Positions 21,377 to 32,514 are shown, counted from the first letter of the stretch. The stretch is DNA of 64,000 nt from Oceanococcus sp. (GCA_051252075.1 JBPOFU010000002.1:497-64496), one strand, 5' to 3'. Numbers and translations: made by a program. Notes: generated by a model from the letters alone, not told the origin.

Positions 21377-22180
21377 ATGATCAACACCTTGTTTTGGATT
21401 TTTTCGCACACACCACTGCGCTTAGCCGCCGGATTTAGCTGGGCCTTTGCCTGGCTATGGTGGACAGTGCTACCCATCCGCAAAAAGCTGGCGGTCCAGG
21501 GCTACCACCGCGCCTTTCCAGAGCAAGCCGCGGGACCGCATCTTCGCCAAATGTTCGCCGGCGTCATCCTGGGCTATTTCGAGCTTTTCCGCGAAATGCG
21601 CGTGCCCGGCAGCGTGCAGGTGGAATACATCAACAGCGACGCTATACAAAAGGACGTAGAACGAGGCCAGGGTACGTTTTTGCTAGGCGGGCATTTCGGC
21701 TCATGGGACCTGATTTCGTCGATGACCTGCCGAGACATGAAATTCCCCGTTAGCGTGACCGTCAAGACACCAAAGAACGCCAAGGCGGCCGCCCTCATTG
21801 AGCGGATTCGCACTGCATTTGGCATGGGCTTGCTACCCACGCACAACTGCATGCCGCGAATCTACGAGGAAATAGAGCAAGGCCATATGGTGGCTTTCTT
21901 GCTCGACATGCGCTTCAATCGCGGCGTAAGCAGCGACTTCTTCGGGCATCCGGCGCGCACCAGCCCCGGCCTGCCTACTGCCGCGTTCAAATCCGGCGCC
22001 CCTGTTCACACCGTTTGGTTTGTCCGCACCGGCATAGGCCGTCATCAGGCCGTATTTGGCCCTCCACTAGAAATGACCGGAGATCTAGACGCGGATATAG
22101 GCGTGATCCAGGCCTACTACGAAGAACGCATCCGCGCCGCACCACACAACTGGTTTTGGTTACACGACCGCTGGCGCTAG
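21377..22180 (+). CDS. Lipid A/lysophospholipid acyltransferase (LpxL/HtrB family)
   Basis: HFGSWD (HxxxxD), LLDM.F..G...FFG.PA.T, terminal P.NWFWLHDRWR. Confidence 0.88.
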   Translation: MINTLFWIFSHTPLRLAAGFSWAFAWLWWTVLPIRKKLAVQGYHRAFPEQAAGPHLRQMFAGVILGYFELFREMRVPGSVQVEYINSDAIQKDVERGQGTFLLGGHFGSWDLISSMTCRDMKFPVSVTVKTPKNAKAAALIERIRTAFGMGLLPTHNCMPRIYEEIEQGHMVAFLLDMRFNRGVSSDFFGHPARTSPGLPTAAFKSGAPVHTVWFVRTGIGRHQAVFGPPLEMTGDLDADIGVIQAYYEERIRAAPHNWFWLHDRWR

Positions 22181-22280
22181 CTAGATCAACACCAGACGAT
22201 GAGCCGCACCCAGCGATAATTAAGGGCTAAGAACAGGGGCGCTTGGATTCGCCAGCAAAGCTTTCCACCCTTCGTCACGC

Positions 22281-22331
22281 ATAAAAAAGCCCGCTTGCGC
22301 GGGCTTTGGTATTGGCGGAGAAGGAGGGATT
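22281..22331 (-). repeat. 51-bp exact direct repeat: tRNA-Ser 3' end plus terminator (copy 2; copy 1 at 22450..22500)
   Basis: ataaaaaagcccgcttgcgcgggctttggtattggcggagaaggagggatt is identical at 22281 and 22450 (period 169 bp). Confidence 0.97.
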
Positions 22332-22449
22332 GACTCGGGCCCTCCTTGGCCCTCTCCCTTCGGGCTTCGCCGCTAGGCGGCAAAGTCTCGATCGGCGTCC
22401 TGCCGATCGATCGAACCTAGAGGCTTCGTCCACACTTCCTGGACCACCA
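22281..22449 (-). ncRNA. RtT-like tRNA-associated repeat RNA (169 nt unit)
   Basis: Unit ends in the tRNA 3' end (CCGCCA) plus terminator. It contains hairpins TCGATCGGC/GCCGATCGA, GCCGC-TAG-GCGGC and CCCGAAGGG, recalling the RtT family. Size is similar to E. coli tyrT repeats. Confidence 0.6.
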
Positions 22450-22477
22450 ATAAAAAAGCCCGCTTGCGCGGGCTTTG
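22450..22477 (-). terminator. Rho-independent terminator after tRNA-Ser
   Basis: Minus strand AAAGCCCGC-gcaa-GCGGGCTTTTTTAT. Duplicated at 22281..22308. Confidence 0.85.
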
Positions 22478-22481
22478 GTAT

Positions 22482-22574
22482 TGGCGGAGAAGGAGGGATT
22501 CGAACCCTCGATGAAGCTATAAACCCCATACTCCCTTAGCAGGGGAGCGCCTTCAGCCACTCGGCCACTTCTCC
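22482..22574 (-). tRNA. serV: tRNA-Ser (GCT)
   Basis: GGAGAAG acceptor stem pairs with CTTCTCC-G-CCA; anticodon arm CTCCC-CT-GCT-AA-GGGAG; long variable arm; GGTTCGAATCC T-arm. Lies downstream of csrA as in other gammaproteobacteria. Confidence 0.98.
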
Positions 22575-22780
22575 GTAAACTTGTTTTTAACGTCTTGCAT
22601 CTAAGATGCTGATCGACGAGGCGCTTACGCCTTACTTCGAGCCTATAGAAATAAATCTCTAAGCTACCTCGAATTCCTGACCTTGAAACACACGATTCTC
22701 GCCGCGAATTCAAGGGTCAGACACTCGAAGGCCGCGTAGGATACCGGTTTTACGTGCCGGTTCAAAGTGCCCGCGAAGGA

Positions 22781-22966
22781 CTACTGATCGTCTTGCGCCT
22801 CTTTTCGCTCTTGATTGCGCTGTATCACCTCTTCCCGATGCACAGCAACTTCACGCGGAGCGTTGACACCAATCCGAATTTGATTGCCCTTCACGCCCAA
22901 TACGGTGACGGTCACATCATCACCGATCATCAATGACTCTCCAACTTTTCTGGTCAGAATTAACAC
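22781..22966 (-). CDS. csrA: Carbon storage regulator CsrA/RsmA
   Basis: [46 protein letters not shown]; GTG start after AGGAG. Confidence 0.98.
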   Translation of the reverse strand: MLILTRKVGESLMIGDDVTVTVLGVKGNQIRIGVNAPREVAVHREEVIQRNQERKEAQDDQ

Positions 22967-23073
22967 GTGAGTTCTCCTTTGCTCACTAACTTTTATAGCC
23001 TCACCGATCTTGCGCCGGCGCTTGCATGGCTAGACCAGTTTAACGCGCGGCCACGCAATTTGTTTCTTGCTGT

Positions 23074-24309
23074 TTAAAGCGTCTCTTTTTGAGGCTCTTT
23101 CTCCAGTTCAAAACCCTTGTGCAGCGATCGTACCGCTAACTCCATGTACTTACTGTCGATCACTACGGAAATCTTTATTTCAGATGTAGAGATCATGCGA
23201 ATGTTGACGTTTTCGCGCGCCAATATGGCGAATGTTTTGCTCGCGACACCGGCATGCGAGCGCATACCTACCCCCACCAGCGACACTTTGACTATATCGT
23301 CATTACCGCGCACATCTTTAGCCCCTAAGCTGGCAGCCACTTCCCGCATCACTTCCATGGCTTTTTCATAGTCACGCTTGTGCACGGTGAAGGTGAAATC
23401 GGTGGTGCCATCGGAACCCACGTTCTGCACGATCATGTCCACTTCAATGTTGGCAGCTCCAATCGGCCCCAGTATCGCCGAAGCAATTCCGGGATGATCG
23501 GGAGCACCGACAACGGTGAGCTGAGCTTCATCACGATTAAACGCGATGCCTGAAATGATGGGATCTTCCATGTCACCTTCCTCGAGGCTAATCAATGTGC
23601 CCGGGCCATCGGAAAAGCTCGACAGCACGCGCAAAGGCACGTCATATTTTCCAGCAAATTCCACGGCGCGAATCTGCAGCACCTTGGAACCTAAGCTGGC
23701 CATTTCCAGCATTTCCTCGAAGGTAATGCGCTCTAAACGACGCGCATTGGGTTCCACCCGAGGGTCGGTGGTGTACACCCCGTCAACATCGGTATAGATC
23801 TGACATTCATCGGCTTTCAGTGCTGCCGCCAATGCTACCGCTGTGGTATCGGAGCCACCGCGCCCCAAGGTCGTGATATTGCCGTTCTTGTCCGAGCCCT
23901 GAAACCCTGCGACGATAACTACACGCCCTTGATCCAAATCCTGCTGTATGTGCTGATGGTCAATTTTTTGTATGCGCGCTTTGGTATGCGAATCATCCGT
24001 CCAAATCCGCACTTGCGACCCCGTGTAGGACCGTGCCGGCTGTCCTATACGATCCAAGGCCATACTCAGCAAAGCAATCGTGACCTGCTCTCCGGTGGAT
24101 AGCAACACATCCATTTCACGCGCAACGGGCCTGTCAGAAATCGCGTCCGCCAAGGCGGTTAGGCGGTCAGTTTCTCCACTCATAGCGGATACCACGACGA
24201 CGATATTGTCGCCCGCTCGGCATGCCGCAGCCACTTTCTCGGCCACAGCCTGGATACGCTCCACGCTGCCCACCGAGGTGCCACCGTATTTTTGAACAAT
24301 CAAAGCCAT
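23074..24309 (-). CDS. lysC: Aspartate kinase
   Basis: VQKYGGTSV, VVVVSAM, TLGRGGSDTTA, TDVDGVYT.DPR, two ACT domains. Confidence 0.98.
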   Translation of the reverse strand: MALIVQKYGGTSVGSVERIQAVAEKVAAACRAGDNIVVVVSAMSGETDRLTALADAISDRPVAREMDVLLSTGEQVTIALLSMALDRIGQPARSYTGSQVRIWTDDSHTKARIQKIDHQHIQQDLDQGRVVIVAGFQGSDKNGNITTLGRGGSDTTAVALAAALKADECQIYTDVDGVYTTDPRVEPNARRLERITFEEMLEMASLGSKVLQIRAVEFAGKYDVPLRVLSSFSDGPGTLISLEEGDMEDPIISGIAFNRDEAQLTVVGAPDHPGIASAILGPIGAANIEVDMIVQNVGSDGTTDFTFTVHKRDYEKAMEVMREVAASLGAKDVRGNDDIVKVSLVGVGMRSHAGVASKTFAILARENVNIRMISTSEIKISVVIDSKYMELAVRSLHKGFELEKEPQKETL

Positions 24310-24312
24310 CGC

Positions 24313-26916
24313 CTAGATTCCCAATTTGTCTTGCACAAAGTCGGTCACGCTGGCCAAAGCTGCTGCTAGGTTTTCCGGCTGATTGCCACCGGCCTGCGCC
24401 ATATCAGGTCGACCACCACCTTTACCGCCGATTTGCCCGGCAACGTGATTGACCAACTCTCCCGCCTTAACTGCTTTCGTCTGGTCGTCGCTCACACCGA
24501 CGGTTAACGCCACCTTTTGCCCGTTCACCGCGGCCAGCACGATCACCGCGCTACCCAAGCGGTTTTTCAAATCATCGACCATTTCACGCAATGCTTTTCC
24601 ATCCACGCCATCCAGCGCTGCTGCAACCAGCTTCAACGGACCAATTTGCAGCGCCGAGTCGGCTAAGTCGCCCCCTTGCTGAGCGCCCATGTCTTGCTTG
24701 AGCTTTTTCAGCTCTTTTTCCAATTCGCGCTGGCGCTCTAAGGTTTGATCCAACCGCGCAGTTACTCCATCGCGCGAGGATTTCAGCCGCCCAGCAAACT
24801 CATCCACCAAGCGATCAGTTTCGCGCGCCCAAGCCAATGCGCCCAAGCCGGTTACCGCCTCAATCCGACGCACGCCTGCAGCGACCCCGGCTTCACTAAT
24901 AATTTTGAACAGACCAATATCGCCGCTGCGCTGCACATGGGTGCCGCCACACAGCTCGCAGGATGTTTGCCCCAAACGCATCACCCGCACGGTTTCACCG
25001 TATTTCTCGCCAAACAGCGCCATGGCACCACCATCGACGGCATCTTGGTAACTGCTGACTTTGGTTTCGGCCGCATGGTTGGCCAGAATTTCCGCGTTCA
25101 CCCGACTCTCTACCTCGATGACTTCGTCGGCGCTCATGGCCTGCAAGTGAGCAAAATCGAAACGCAAACGATCGGGCGCTACCAAGGATCCTTTCTGCTG
25201 TACATGCCCACCCAGCACATTACGCAAGGCAGCGTGCAATAAATGCGTCGCACTGTGATTACGAATAATGTCAGCACGGCGCGCCTCATCGACCTTCGCC
25301 TCCACGGCATCGCCAGCTTTCAGTTCGCCCTCTAGCAGACGCCCGATATGCAAGATGGCACCTGCATTGTCTTTGCGCGTATCGCCGACTTCAAAGCGAG
25401 CCGACCCGGCAAGCAAAACCCCGGTGTCGCCAACCTGGCCGCCCGATTCTGCGTAAAACGGCGTGCTGGCCAAAATAACCATGCCGTCTTGCCCTGCGCT
25501 TAAGCTGTCTACAGGCTTTCCGTCACGCAGCAATGCTTGCACTTTTTCTTGTGCAGCCAACTGTTCATAACCGACAAATTCGCTGGCTTGCTCAACGCCG
25601 GCATTGAGGCCATCAGCCACGCCAAAACGGCTGGCGGCACGCGCGCTTTCACGCTGCTGTTTCATAGCAGCCTCAAAACCCTCGACATCGACGGTCAAAT
25701 TGCGCTCACGCGCCACATCTTGGGTTAAGTCCAGCGGAAAACCATAGGTGTCGTAAAGCTTGAATACCGTCTCGCCATCCAGGCAGCCATCGGCCTGCTC
25801 GCAGGCCGTGTCTAGCAATTTCATACCCTGATCCAGGGTTTCAGCAAAGCGTTCTTCTTCTTGCCGTATGACTTGCTCTACAAAAGCCTGCTGCTTGCTT
25901 AGCTCTGGATAGGCTTGGCCCATCTCTGCCACCAAGGCCGGCACCAAACGGTGGAAGAAGCTACCTTCTATACCCAGCTGGAAACCGTGACGGATTGCAC
26001 GGCGCAAGATACGGCGCAAAACCGAGCCCCGCCCTTCATTGCTTGGCAAAACGCCATCCACAATCAAAAAAGAGCAGGCGCGAATGTGATCCGCCAAGAC
26101 GCGTAGTGAGCGGTTTTCTGCATCGGCTTGTGGCGCCAGTTCGCGCACGGCTGTGAGCAAATTGACGAATTGGTCGGTGTCGTAATTGTCGTGTACATGC
26201 TGCATAACCGCAGCCACGCGCTCCAAACCCATGCCAGTATCGACAGAAGGTTTAGGCAGCGGCGTTAACGTGCCATCAGCAGCGCGATCGTACTGCATAA
26301 ACACCAAGTTCCAGATTTCGATGAAACGATCACCGTCTTCTTCCGGTGTTCCCGGCGGACCACCGGCAATGTCTGGCCCATGGTCGTAGAAAATCTCGCT
26401 GCAAGGTCCGCAGGGCCCGGTATCACCCATTTGCCAGAAATTGTCTTTGGCCCCTATGCGCGCCAATTTGGCGGGGTCCACGCCCATCTCTTGCAACCAA
26501 ATCGCTTCGGCTTCGTCATCTTTTTCAAACACGGTAATGAACAACTTGTCGGCGGGCAGGCCCAGTTCGACAGTCAAGAATTCCCAAGCAAACTGAATAG
26601 CTTCACGCTTGAAATAATCACCAAAGCTGAAATTACCCAGCATTTCGAAAAAGGTGTGATGCCGCGCGGTATAACCGACATTTTCTAAATCGTTGTGCTT
26701 GCCACCAGCGCGCACGCAGCGCTGGCTACTCACAGCACGCGTGTAAGAACGCTTTTCTTTGCCGAGAAACGCATCCTTGAACTGCACCATGCCCGCATTG
26801 GTAAACAGCAAGGTGGCGTCATTGCCAGGCACCAGCGGGCTAGAAGCCACGGCCTGATGGCCTTTGCTTTCGAAGTAGCCGATAAATCGACGACGAATCT
26901 CGTTACTGCTAATCAT
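24313..26916 (-). CDS. alaS: Alanine--tRNA ligase
   Basis: [62 protein letters not shown]. Start set at ATG 26916. Confidence 0.99.
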   Translation of the reverse strand: MISSNEIRRRFIGYFESKGHQAVASSPLVPGNDATLLFTNAGMVQFKDAFLGKEKRSYTRAVSSQRCVRAGGKHNDLENVGYTARHHTFFEMLGNFSFGDYFKREAIQFAWEFLTVELGLPADKLFITVFEKDDEAEAIWLQEMGVDPAKLARIGAKDNFWQMGDTGPCGPCSEIFYDHGPDIAGGPPGTPEEDGDRFIEIWNLVFMQYDRAADGTLTPLPKPSVDTGMGLERVAAVMQHVHDNYDTDQFVNLLTAVRELAPQADAENRSLRVLADHIRACSFLIVDGVLPSNEGRGSVLRRILRRAIRHGFQLGIEGSFFHRLVPALVAEMGQAYPELSKQQAFVEQVIRQEEERFAETLDQGMKLLDTACEQADGCLDGETVFKLYDTYGFPLDLTQDVARERNLTVDVEGFEAAMKQQRESARAASRFGVADGLNAGVEQASEFVGYEQLAAQEKVQALLRDGKPVDSLSAGQDGMVILASTPFYAESGGQVGDTGVLLAGSARFEVGDTRKDNAGAILHIGRLLEGELKAGDAVEAKVDEARRADIIRNHSATHLLHAALRNVLGGHVQQKGSLVAPDRLRFDFAHLQAMSADEVIEVESRVNAEILANHAAETKVSSYQDAVDGGAMALFGEKYGETVRVMRLGQTSCELCGGTHVQRSGDIGLFKIISEAGVAAGVRRIEAVTGLGALAWARETDRLVDEFAGRLKSSRDGVTARLDQTLERQRELEKELKKLKQDMGAQQGGDLADSALQIGPLKLVAAALDGVDGKALREMVDDLKNRLGSAVIVLAAVNGQKVALTVGVSDDQTKAVKAGELVNHVAGQIGGKGGGRPDMAQAGGNQPENLAAALASVTDFVQDKLGI

Positions 26917-27052
26917 GGCGAGGAACCGCGGAAAGGCACAACGGTTAAACCACCAACAAAGCGGCAACCGATTCTGTGTGCAAAATCGCGCGATATTACG
27001 CGATTCCAAGGGTGCTTGGCGACCACTTGGCGTGGATTATCTATGGAAAACC

Positions 27053-27544
27053 CTAGCCAGAACCAACCCGTTCATTGGCCCGCTGCTCAAAGCAGCGTAT
27101 TGCCGTATCGATGTGCTCGCTGTGAAATCCGCGCTGATAAAGCTTCTGCCGACACTTCAGCAGCAGGTTTTTATCATCGCCGCGCAGCATGCGTGACAGC
27201 GCGAAATCACAAGACTGCTGCCAATCCACTTCGTCTTGTGCAATCGCCTCTTCAATGTCCGTGGGCTGCACGCCTTTGCTTTGTAGCTCTGCCTGCAGCC
27301 AACGCGGCCCCCGCCCTTGACTCGCCCGATGGCGCACCATGGCTGCAGCGTAGCGGGAAGGGTTTAACCAATCCCGCGCCAGCAATTCAGCCATGGCCTC
27401 ATCCAGCGTCTCTGATGAAAAGCCTTTGCGCTGAAGCTTTTGCCTCAGCTCACGCTCGGCATGCTCACGTCTAGCGAGCAAACCTGCCGCAGCCTCACAT
27501 GCTGCGGCACGCGTGTCTTCAAACGGCTTCTTCGACCGCTTCAT
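27053..27544 (-). CDS. recX: Regulatory protein RecX
   Basis: LLARREH...EL..KL..KG, GRGP..L..EL..KG, LYQRGF; directly downstream of recA. Confidence 0.92.
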   Translation of the reverse strand: MKRSKKPFEDTRAAACEAAAGLLARREHAERELRQKLQRKGFSSETLDEAMAELLARDWLNPSRYAAAMVRHRASQGRGPRWLQAELQSKGVQPTDIEEAIAQDEVDWQQSCDFALSRMLRGDDKNLLLKCRQKLYQRGFHSEHIDTAIRCFEQRANERVGSG

Positions 27545-28553
27545 CTACATCAGATTTAGCCACCCGAGGCGGAAGGACAATCGCACGAATCTGCCGCTCA
27601 AGCTCATCGCGCATCTCTGGGTTCTCTTTTAGGAATTGACGGGCATTGTCCTTACCTTGGCCGATGCGGTCACCCTTGCAGCTATACCAAGAGCCGGATT
27701 TTTCAACCAAATTGTGTTCTACGCCCAAGTCGATCAGCTCGCCCTCTAGCGAGGTGCCCTCGCCGTACAGAATTTCAAACTCGGACTGTTTGAATGGCGG
27801 CGCCATCTTGTTCTTGACGATTTTCACACGCGTCTCGTTACCGATGATTTCAGCGCCCTTTTTAACGGCACCGATTCTGCGTATGTCCATTCGCATCGAA
27901 GCGTAAAACTTCAGTGCGTTGCCACCGGTGGTGGTTTCAGGTGAGCCAAACATGACCCCGATCTTCATCCGAATCTGATTGATGAAGATCACCGCGGTAT
28001 TGGTACGCTTGATATTGCCGGTCAGCTTACGCAGCGCCTGACTCATTAAACGAGCCTGTAGGCCCATGTGGCTATCGCCCATCTCGCCTTCGATCTCGGC
28101 CTTGGGGACCAGCGCGGCAACCGAATCAACAACGACGAGCTGCACTGCCCCGGAGCGCACCAGCATGTCGGCGATCTCCAGCGCTTGCTCACCGTTATCA
28201 GGCTGACTCACCAACAGCTCGTCGAGATTGACGCCCAATTTTCCAGCGTACTCTGGGTCCAATGCATGCTCAGCATCGATGAAGGCACAGGTGCCGCCAG
28301 CCTTTTGGCACGCCGCGATGGCCTGCAGGGTGATGGTGGTCTTACCGGAAGATTCAGGACCGTATATTTCGGAAACCCTACCGGCGGGGAATCCACCAAT
28401 ACCGGTTGCGGCATCCAGCATGATGCTTCCGGTGGAAATAGCGGGCACATCGAGCACTGCGTTCTCACCCAAGCGCATCACTGAGCCTTTACCAAACTGC
28501 TTTTCTATTTGGCCCAATGCGGCGGCAAGCGCCTTTTTGCGAGTCTCATCCAT
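27519..28553 (-). CDS. recA: Recombinase A
   Basis: [59 protein letters not shown]. Confidence 0.99.
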   Translation of the reverse strand: MDETRKKALAAALGQIEKQFGKGSVMRLGENAVLDVPAISTGSIMLDAATGIGGFPAGRVSEIYGPESSGKTTITLQAIAACQKAGGTCAFIDAEHALDPEYAGKLGVNLDELLVSQPDNGEQALEIADMLVRSGAVQLVVVDSVAALVPKAEIEGEMGDSHMGLQARLMSQALRKLTGNIKRTNTAVIFINQIRMKIGVMFGSPETTTGGNALKFYASMRMDIRRIGAVKKGAEIIGNETRVKIVKNKMAPPFKQSEFEILYGEGTSLEGELIDLGVEHNLVEKSGSWYSCKGDRIGQGKDNARQFLKENPEMRDELERQIRAIVLPPRVAKSDVDEAVEEAV

Positions 28554-28581
28554 TTTTGTCTGCCTGTTGCTTAATGAGGGA

Positions 28582-29112
28582 TTATCTCAGATTCATGCTG
28601 TCGACGGCCAAATCATTGGCCTGTAGTGCCGTCAATAATTGCTGCAAAACCTGCGTTGTGACCTGCTCGCGTAGAGATAGCCGCGAGCCTGTCAATGTCA
28701 GTTGCTGGCAAGCCACACTGCGCACTTGCCCTACCCCAATCATTACGAGACCCACCGGTTTTTCCGGACTGCCGCCCCCTGGCCCATAGACGCCAGACTC
28801 CACAAGCACCCAATCGGATCCACTGATCTGTAGGCCACGCTGCGCCATCGCGCTGACCGATGGCGCGCTCACCGCGCCATATTGCTGCAGCAGTTTGGGC
28901 CTCAAACCTAAAACATCGGTTTTAATGCGATCGTGATAGCAATTCAAGCCACCCAACAGCCACGCTGATGCGCCTGCTGCAGCCGACAGCCGTGCTTGCA
29001 CAGCGCCACCGGCGCTGGCCTCTATAACGAACAGTGTTTGCTGCCGCGCGAGCAGGGTTTCCGCTAGCTGCGCCACCAATGGATCACTAATCGACTGATG
29101 AATTTCAGACAT
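28582..29112 (-). CDS. CinA C-terminal/PncC family protein with degenerate active-site motif
   Basis: [26 protein letters not shown] motifs and position upstream of recA. The canonical ESCTGG reads EASAGG. Confidence 0.85.
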   Translation of the reverse strand: MSEIHQSISDPLVAQLAETLLARQQTLFVIEASAGGAVQARLSAAAGASAWLLGGLNCYHDRIKTDVLGLRPKLLQQYGAVSAPSVSAMAQRGLQISGSDWVLVESGVYGPGGGSPEKPVGLVMIGVGQVRSVACQQLTLTGSRLSLREQVTTQVLQQLLTALQANDLAVDSMNLR

Positions 29113-29275
29113 GAGCGCGCACAAAAAAGATAAGCCGATGAAAAATGGAATCGAGCAAAGCCGCTATCACCTTGTTTCCGAATAAAAACATGCTACGACA
29201 TAAAAGCAGCAGCGGTCCGAGTGATTCGATTGCGGCATCACTTGGTAGCATACGCCGTTTTGCAGCAGCCCCGAC

Positions 29276-31831
29276 GTGAGTTCAGACCTTAGCGCGCACA
29301 CCCCCATGATGCAGCAGTTCCATGCTCTGAAAGCCGAGCATCCGGATGAATTGCTGTTTTATCGCATGGGCGATTTTTACGAGTTGTTTTACGACGACGC
29401 GAAAAAAGTGGCCAAGCTGCTGGACCTCACTCTGACCACACGTGGTCAGTCCGCTGGGCAACCGATTCCCATGGCGGGGCTACCTCACCACGCCTACGAA
29501 CAGTACTTAGCGCGCTTGCTGCGCTTGGGCGAATCCGTCGCCATTGCCGAACAGTTTGGCGATCCCAGCGGCAAGGGGCCGATGGAACGCAAAATAGTGC
29601 GGGTGGTGACACCCGGCACGGTGACCGACGACGCTCTGATGGATGCGCGCCACGAAGCCACCCTTGCCGCCGCTACACAAATTGGCGATTGCCACGGCAT
29701 TGCGCGCTTGGATTTGGCCAGCGGACGCTTTGTCATCGCTGAATTCTCTAGCGCCGCTGCGCTATTGCAAGACATGGCAACCGCTCCGCCGGCGGAGCTG
29801 CTCATCAGCGACACCACAGCCGATCCACAACTCAAACATAACACCGCCTTACGCCACCGCCCCGACTGGCACTTCGAACTCAGCAGTGCGCGCAAGCTGG
29901 TGCTACAGCAATTTCGTGCCCACGACCTAAAAGGCTTTGGTTGTGACGATTGCAGCGCGGGCATCGCGGCCGCAGGCGCCCTACTGCAATACCTACGCGA
30001 CACCCAGAAACAAGAACTTCCACACATCAATGGTCTGCGCTTACAACAGCCAGAGCAATTGCTGCGCATAGACCCCAATAGCCGGCGCAATTTGGAACTG
30101 GAAGCCAGCGCCAGCGGCGAGCGCCAACACAGCTTGTTGGGATTACTCGACACCACGGCCTGCGGGATGGGCAGCCGCCTGATGCAACGCTGGCTGCGCG
30201 CACCAATACGCGACCACAGCACCTTGAAAGCACGCTACCAAGCCATAGATGCGCTGCAAGCCGGGCACTCCCACGAAGACTTGCACGGCCTGATTCGGCA
30301 GCTCTCGGATATCGAACGCATCACCACTCGGGTCGCGCTGCGCAGCGCCCGCCCGCGCGATCTGTCCGGTTTGGCTCGCTCTTTGGCCCTGCTGCCTGAC
30401 ATTGCAAAGCTACTACCTGCCGCGAAACGCTTGGATGAATTGGCGGACTGCTTGGGCAACTACCCTGATTTGGCGCACTACCTGAGCGGCGCGATTGAAG
30501 CTGAGCCACCGCTATTGATGCGTGATGGCGGCGTGATCCGCCGAGGCTTTGATGCTGAATTGGATGAATTGCGTGATTTGGCCAGCCATTCCGCCGATTA
30601 TTTGCGCGCCCTGGAGCTGCGTGAACGCGAAAGCACCGGCGTAGACGGTTTGAAAGTTGGTTACAACCGCGTTCACGGCTACTACATTGAATTGCCGCGC
30701 AGCCGCTCCGCCGATGCGCCAGCGCACTACACCCGGCGACAAACGCTAAAGAATGCTGAGCGCTACATCACCGAAGAACTGAAAGGCTTCGAAGACAAGA
30801 TTTTGTCAGCCAAAGAGCGCTCTTTGATTCGTGAGAAGCATTTGTGGGAACAAGTGCTGGATAGCCTGCAACCGCAATTGCCAGCACTACAAGCCAGTGC
30901 CGAAGCAGTGGCAGAAATCGACGTGCTAGCCAGTTTGGCTGAACGTGCCAACACGCTGAATTGGGTGGCACCTCAGCTATCCGACGACACCCGCATACAC
31001 ATCGTTGGCGGCCGTCACCCCGTCGTCGAAGCCCTCAATCCAAACAGCTTTGTGCCGAATGATTTGGAGCTGGATGAAACTCATCGCATGCTCATCATTA
31101 CCGGACCCAACATGGGCGGTAAATCAACCTTTATGCGTCAATGCGCGCTGATTGTGCTGCTCGCCCATATTGGCAGCCATGTTCCAGCGCAAAGCGCTGA
31201 GATCGGTGCAGTCGATCGTATCTTTACCCGTATCGGTGCCGGCGATGATCTCAGCAGCGGACGCTCAACCTTTATGGTTGAAATGCAGGAAACTGCCGAG
31301 ATTTTGCACAACGCCAGCCCACAATCCTTGGTTTTGATGGATGAAATTGGGCGCGGCACCGGCACCTATGACGGCTTGTCTTTGGCCCAAGCCAGTGCCG
31401 AAGAATTGGCCAGCAAGGTGGGCTGCTTCACTTTATTTGCCACCCATTATTTCGAACTCACCGGGCTGGCACAAAACAACCCAGGGCTACAGAACATTCA
31501 TCTGGATGCGACTGAGCATGGCGATGAACTGATCTTTTTGCATCGCGTGAAACCCGGCCCTGCTAGTCGCAGCTATGGCTTGCAAGTGGCCCGCTTGGCC
31601 GGCATACCGGCTCCAGTAATCAAACGCGCACAAGCGCGCTTGCAGCAACTGGAAGCGATGAGTCAGAACGAAGTCGGGCCAGCGCCGCAAATGTCGCTAT
31701 TCCAAGCCGGCACCGCTGAGCCCGAACTCAGCAAGCTCCAAAAAGCACTAGAAGAGATAGAGCCCGACAGTCTCAGCCCGCGGCAAGCGCTGGAAAGCTT
31801 GTACGCGCTCAAAAAACTGCTAGCTGATTAA
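29276..31831 (+). CDS. mutS: DNA mismatch repair protein MutS
   Basis: [63 protein letters not shown]. Confidence 0.99.
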   Translation: MSSDLSAHTPMMQQFHALKAEHPDELLFYRMGDFYELFYDDAKKVAKLLDLTLTTRGQSAGQPIPMAGLPHHAYEQYLARLLRLGESVAIAEQFGDPSGKGPMERKIVRVVTPGTVTDDALMDARHEATLAAATQIGDCHGIARLDLASGRFVIAEFSSAAALLQDMATAPPAELLISDTTADPQLKHNTALRHRPDWHFELSSARKLVLQQFRAHDLKGFGCDDCSAGIAAAGALLQYLRDTQKQELPHINGLRLQQPEQLLRIDPNSRRNLELEASASGERQHSLLGLLDTTACGMGSRLMQRWLRAPIRDHSTLKARYQAIDALQAGHSHEDLHGLIRQLSDIERITTRVALRSARPRDLSGLARSLALLPDIAKLLPAAKRLDELADCLGNYPDLAHYLSGAIEAEPPLLMRDGGVIRRGFDAELDELRDLASHSADYLRALELRERESTGVDGLKVGYNRVHGYYIELPRSRSADAPAHYTRRQTLKNAERYITEELKGFEDKILSAKERSLIREKHLWEQVLDSLQPQLPALQASAEAVAEIDVLASLAERANTLNWVAPQLSDDTRIHIVGGRHPVVEALNPNSFVPNDLELDETHRMLIITGPNMGGKSTFMRQCALIVLLAHIGSHVPAQSAEIGAVDRIFTRIGAGDDLSSGRSTFMVEMQETAEILHNASPQSLVLMDEIGRGTGTYDGLSLAQASAEELASKVGCFTLFATHYFELTGLAQNNPGLQNIHLDATEHGDELIFLHRVKPGPASRSYGLQVARLAGIPAPVIKRAQARLQQLEAMSQNEVGPAPQMSLFQAGTAEPELSKLQKALEEIEPDSLSPRQALESLYALKKLLAD

Positions 31832-31848
31832 GTCAGATCGGCTATGAG

Positions 31849-31900
31849 CTCGCGCAAAGATCGCCAAGGTCAAAATCATTCTTTGCGATCTAGGCGCGAG
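31849..31900. repeat. REP-like imperfect palindrome, copy A
   Basis: CTCGCGCAAAGATCGCCAAG-12 nt-CTTTGCGATCTAGGCGCGAG. Near-identical arms recur at 59010..59064. Confidence 0.8.
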
Positions 31901-31920
31901 AAAAACGCAGGTCAATAAAA

Positions 31921-32514
31921 CTAGGCTTTGGTCTTTTCCACTACGAATTGCGTCAACTGCTCTAAGCATGCGCTGAAGGTTTCTGCGGTATCGACCACTA
32001 AGGCTGCGTTTTCAGGCTCTTCATAAGGCGCAGAAATACCAGTGAATTCCGGAATCTCTCCGGCACGCGCTTTCTTGTACAAGCCTTTAGGATCACGCTG
32101 CTCGCACATCGCCACATCGGCTTTGACATAGATCTCATAGAAGTTATCGCCTGCCGCTTTACGCGCGCGCTCACGATCTTCACGGTAGGGCGAAATGAAC
32201 GCAGTTATGCAAATCTGGCCCGCTTGTGCCATCAAATTGCTGACTTCACCGATGCGACGAATATTTTCCGTGCGATCTTCTGGGGAAAAACCCAAATCGC
32301 TGTTCAGGCCAAAACGCACATTGTCACCATCTAACACATAGGCCTGTTTGCCCATTTCGTGCAGCTCCCGCTCCAAGGCCATACCCAGTGTGGATTTACC
32401 CGAGCCGGACAAACCTGTCAGCCAAATAACAGCACCCTTGTGCCCATTTTTAGCAGCCCGTTCACCGGCACTGACTGTGTGGCTGACCTTGGTCAGATTC
32501 TTGTCGTTGGACAT
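31921..32514 (-). CDS. cysC: Adenylyl-sulfate kinase
   Basis: [65 protein letters not shown]. Start at ATG 32514. Confidence 0.98.
   Translation of the reverse strand: MSNDKNLTKVSHTVSAGERAAKNGHKGAVIWLTGLSGSGKSTLGMALERELHEMGKQAYVLDGDNVRFGLNSDLGFSPEDRTENIRRIGEVSNLMAQAGQICITAFISPYREDRERARKAAGDNFYEIYVKADVAMCEQRDPKGLYKKARAGEIPEFTGISAPYEEPENAALVVDTAETFSACLEQLTQFVVEKTKA

Noticed and set aside
22281-22500. attL/attR of a prophage or integrative element at tRNA-Ser
   Set aside because: Only 118 bp lie between the repeats, no integrase is present in the window, and the repeat includes the terminator; an RtT-like unit fits better.
22781-22966. CsrA C-terminus HREEVIQRN versus the usual HREEIYQRI
   Set aside because: The RNA-binding residues (N-terminal strand and HR motif) are intact and the tail is known to vary.
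26695-27474. 259-aa plus-strand ORF, and similar long shadow ORFs (e.g. 29494..30222, 60728..61444)
   Set aside because: They overlap well-supported genes on the opposite strand and show no recognisable motifs.
28554-28700. LexA (SOS) box upstream of recA
   Set aside because: No CTGT-N8-ACAG match found by eye; a lineage-specific box cannot be excluded.
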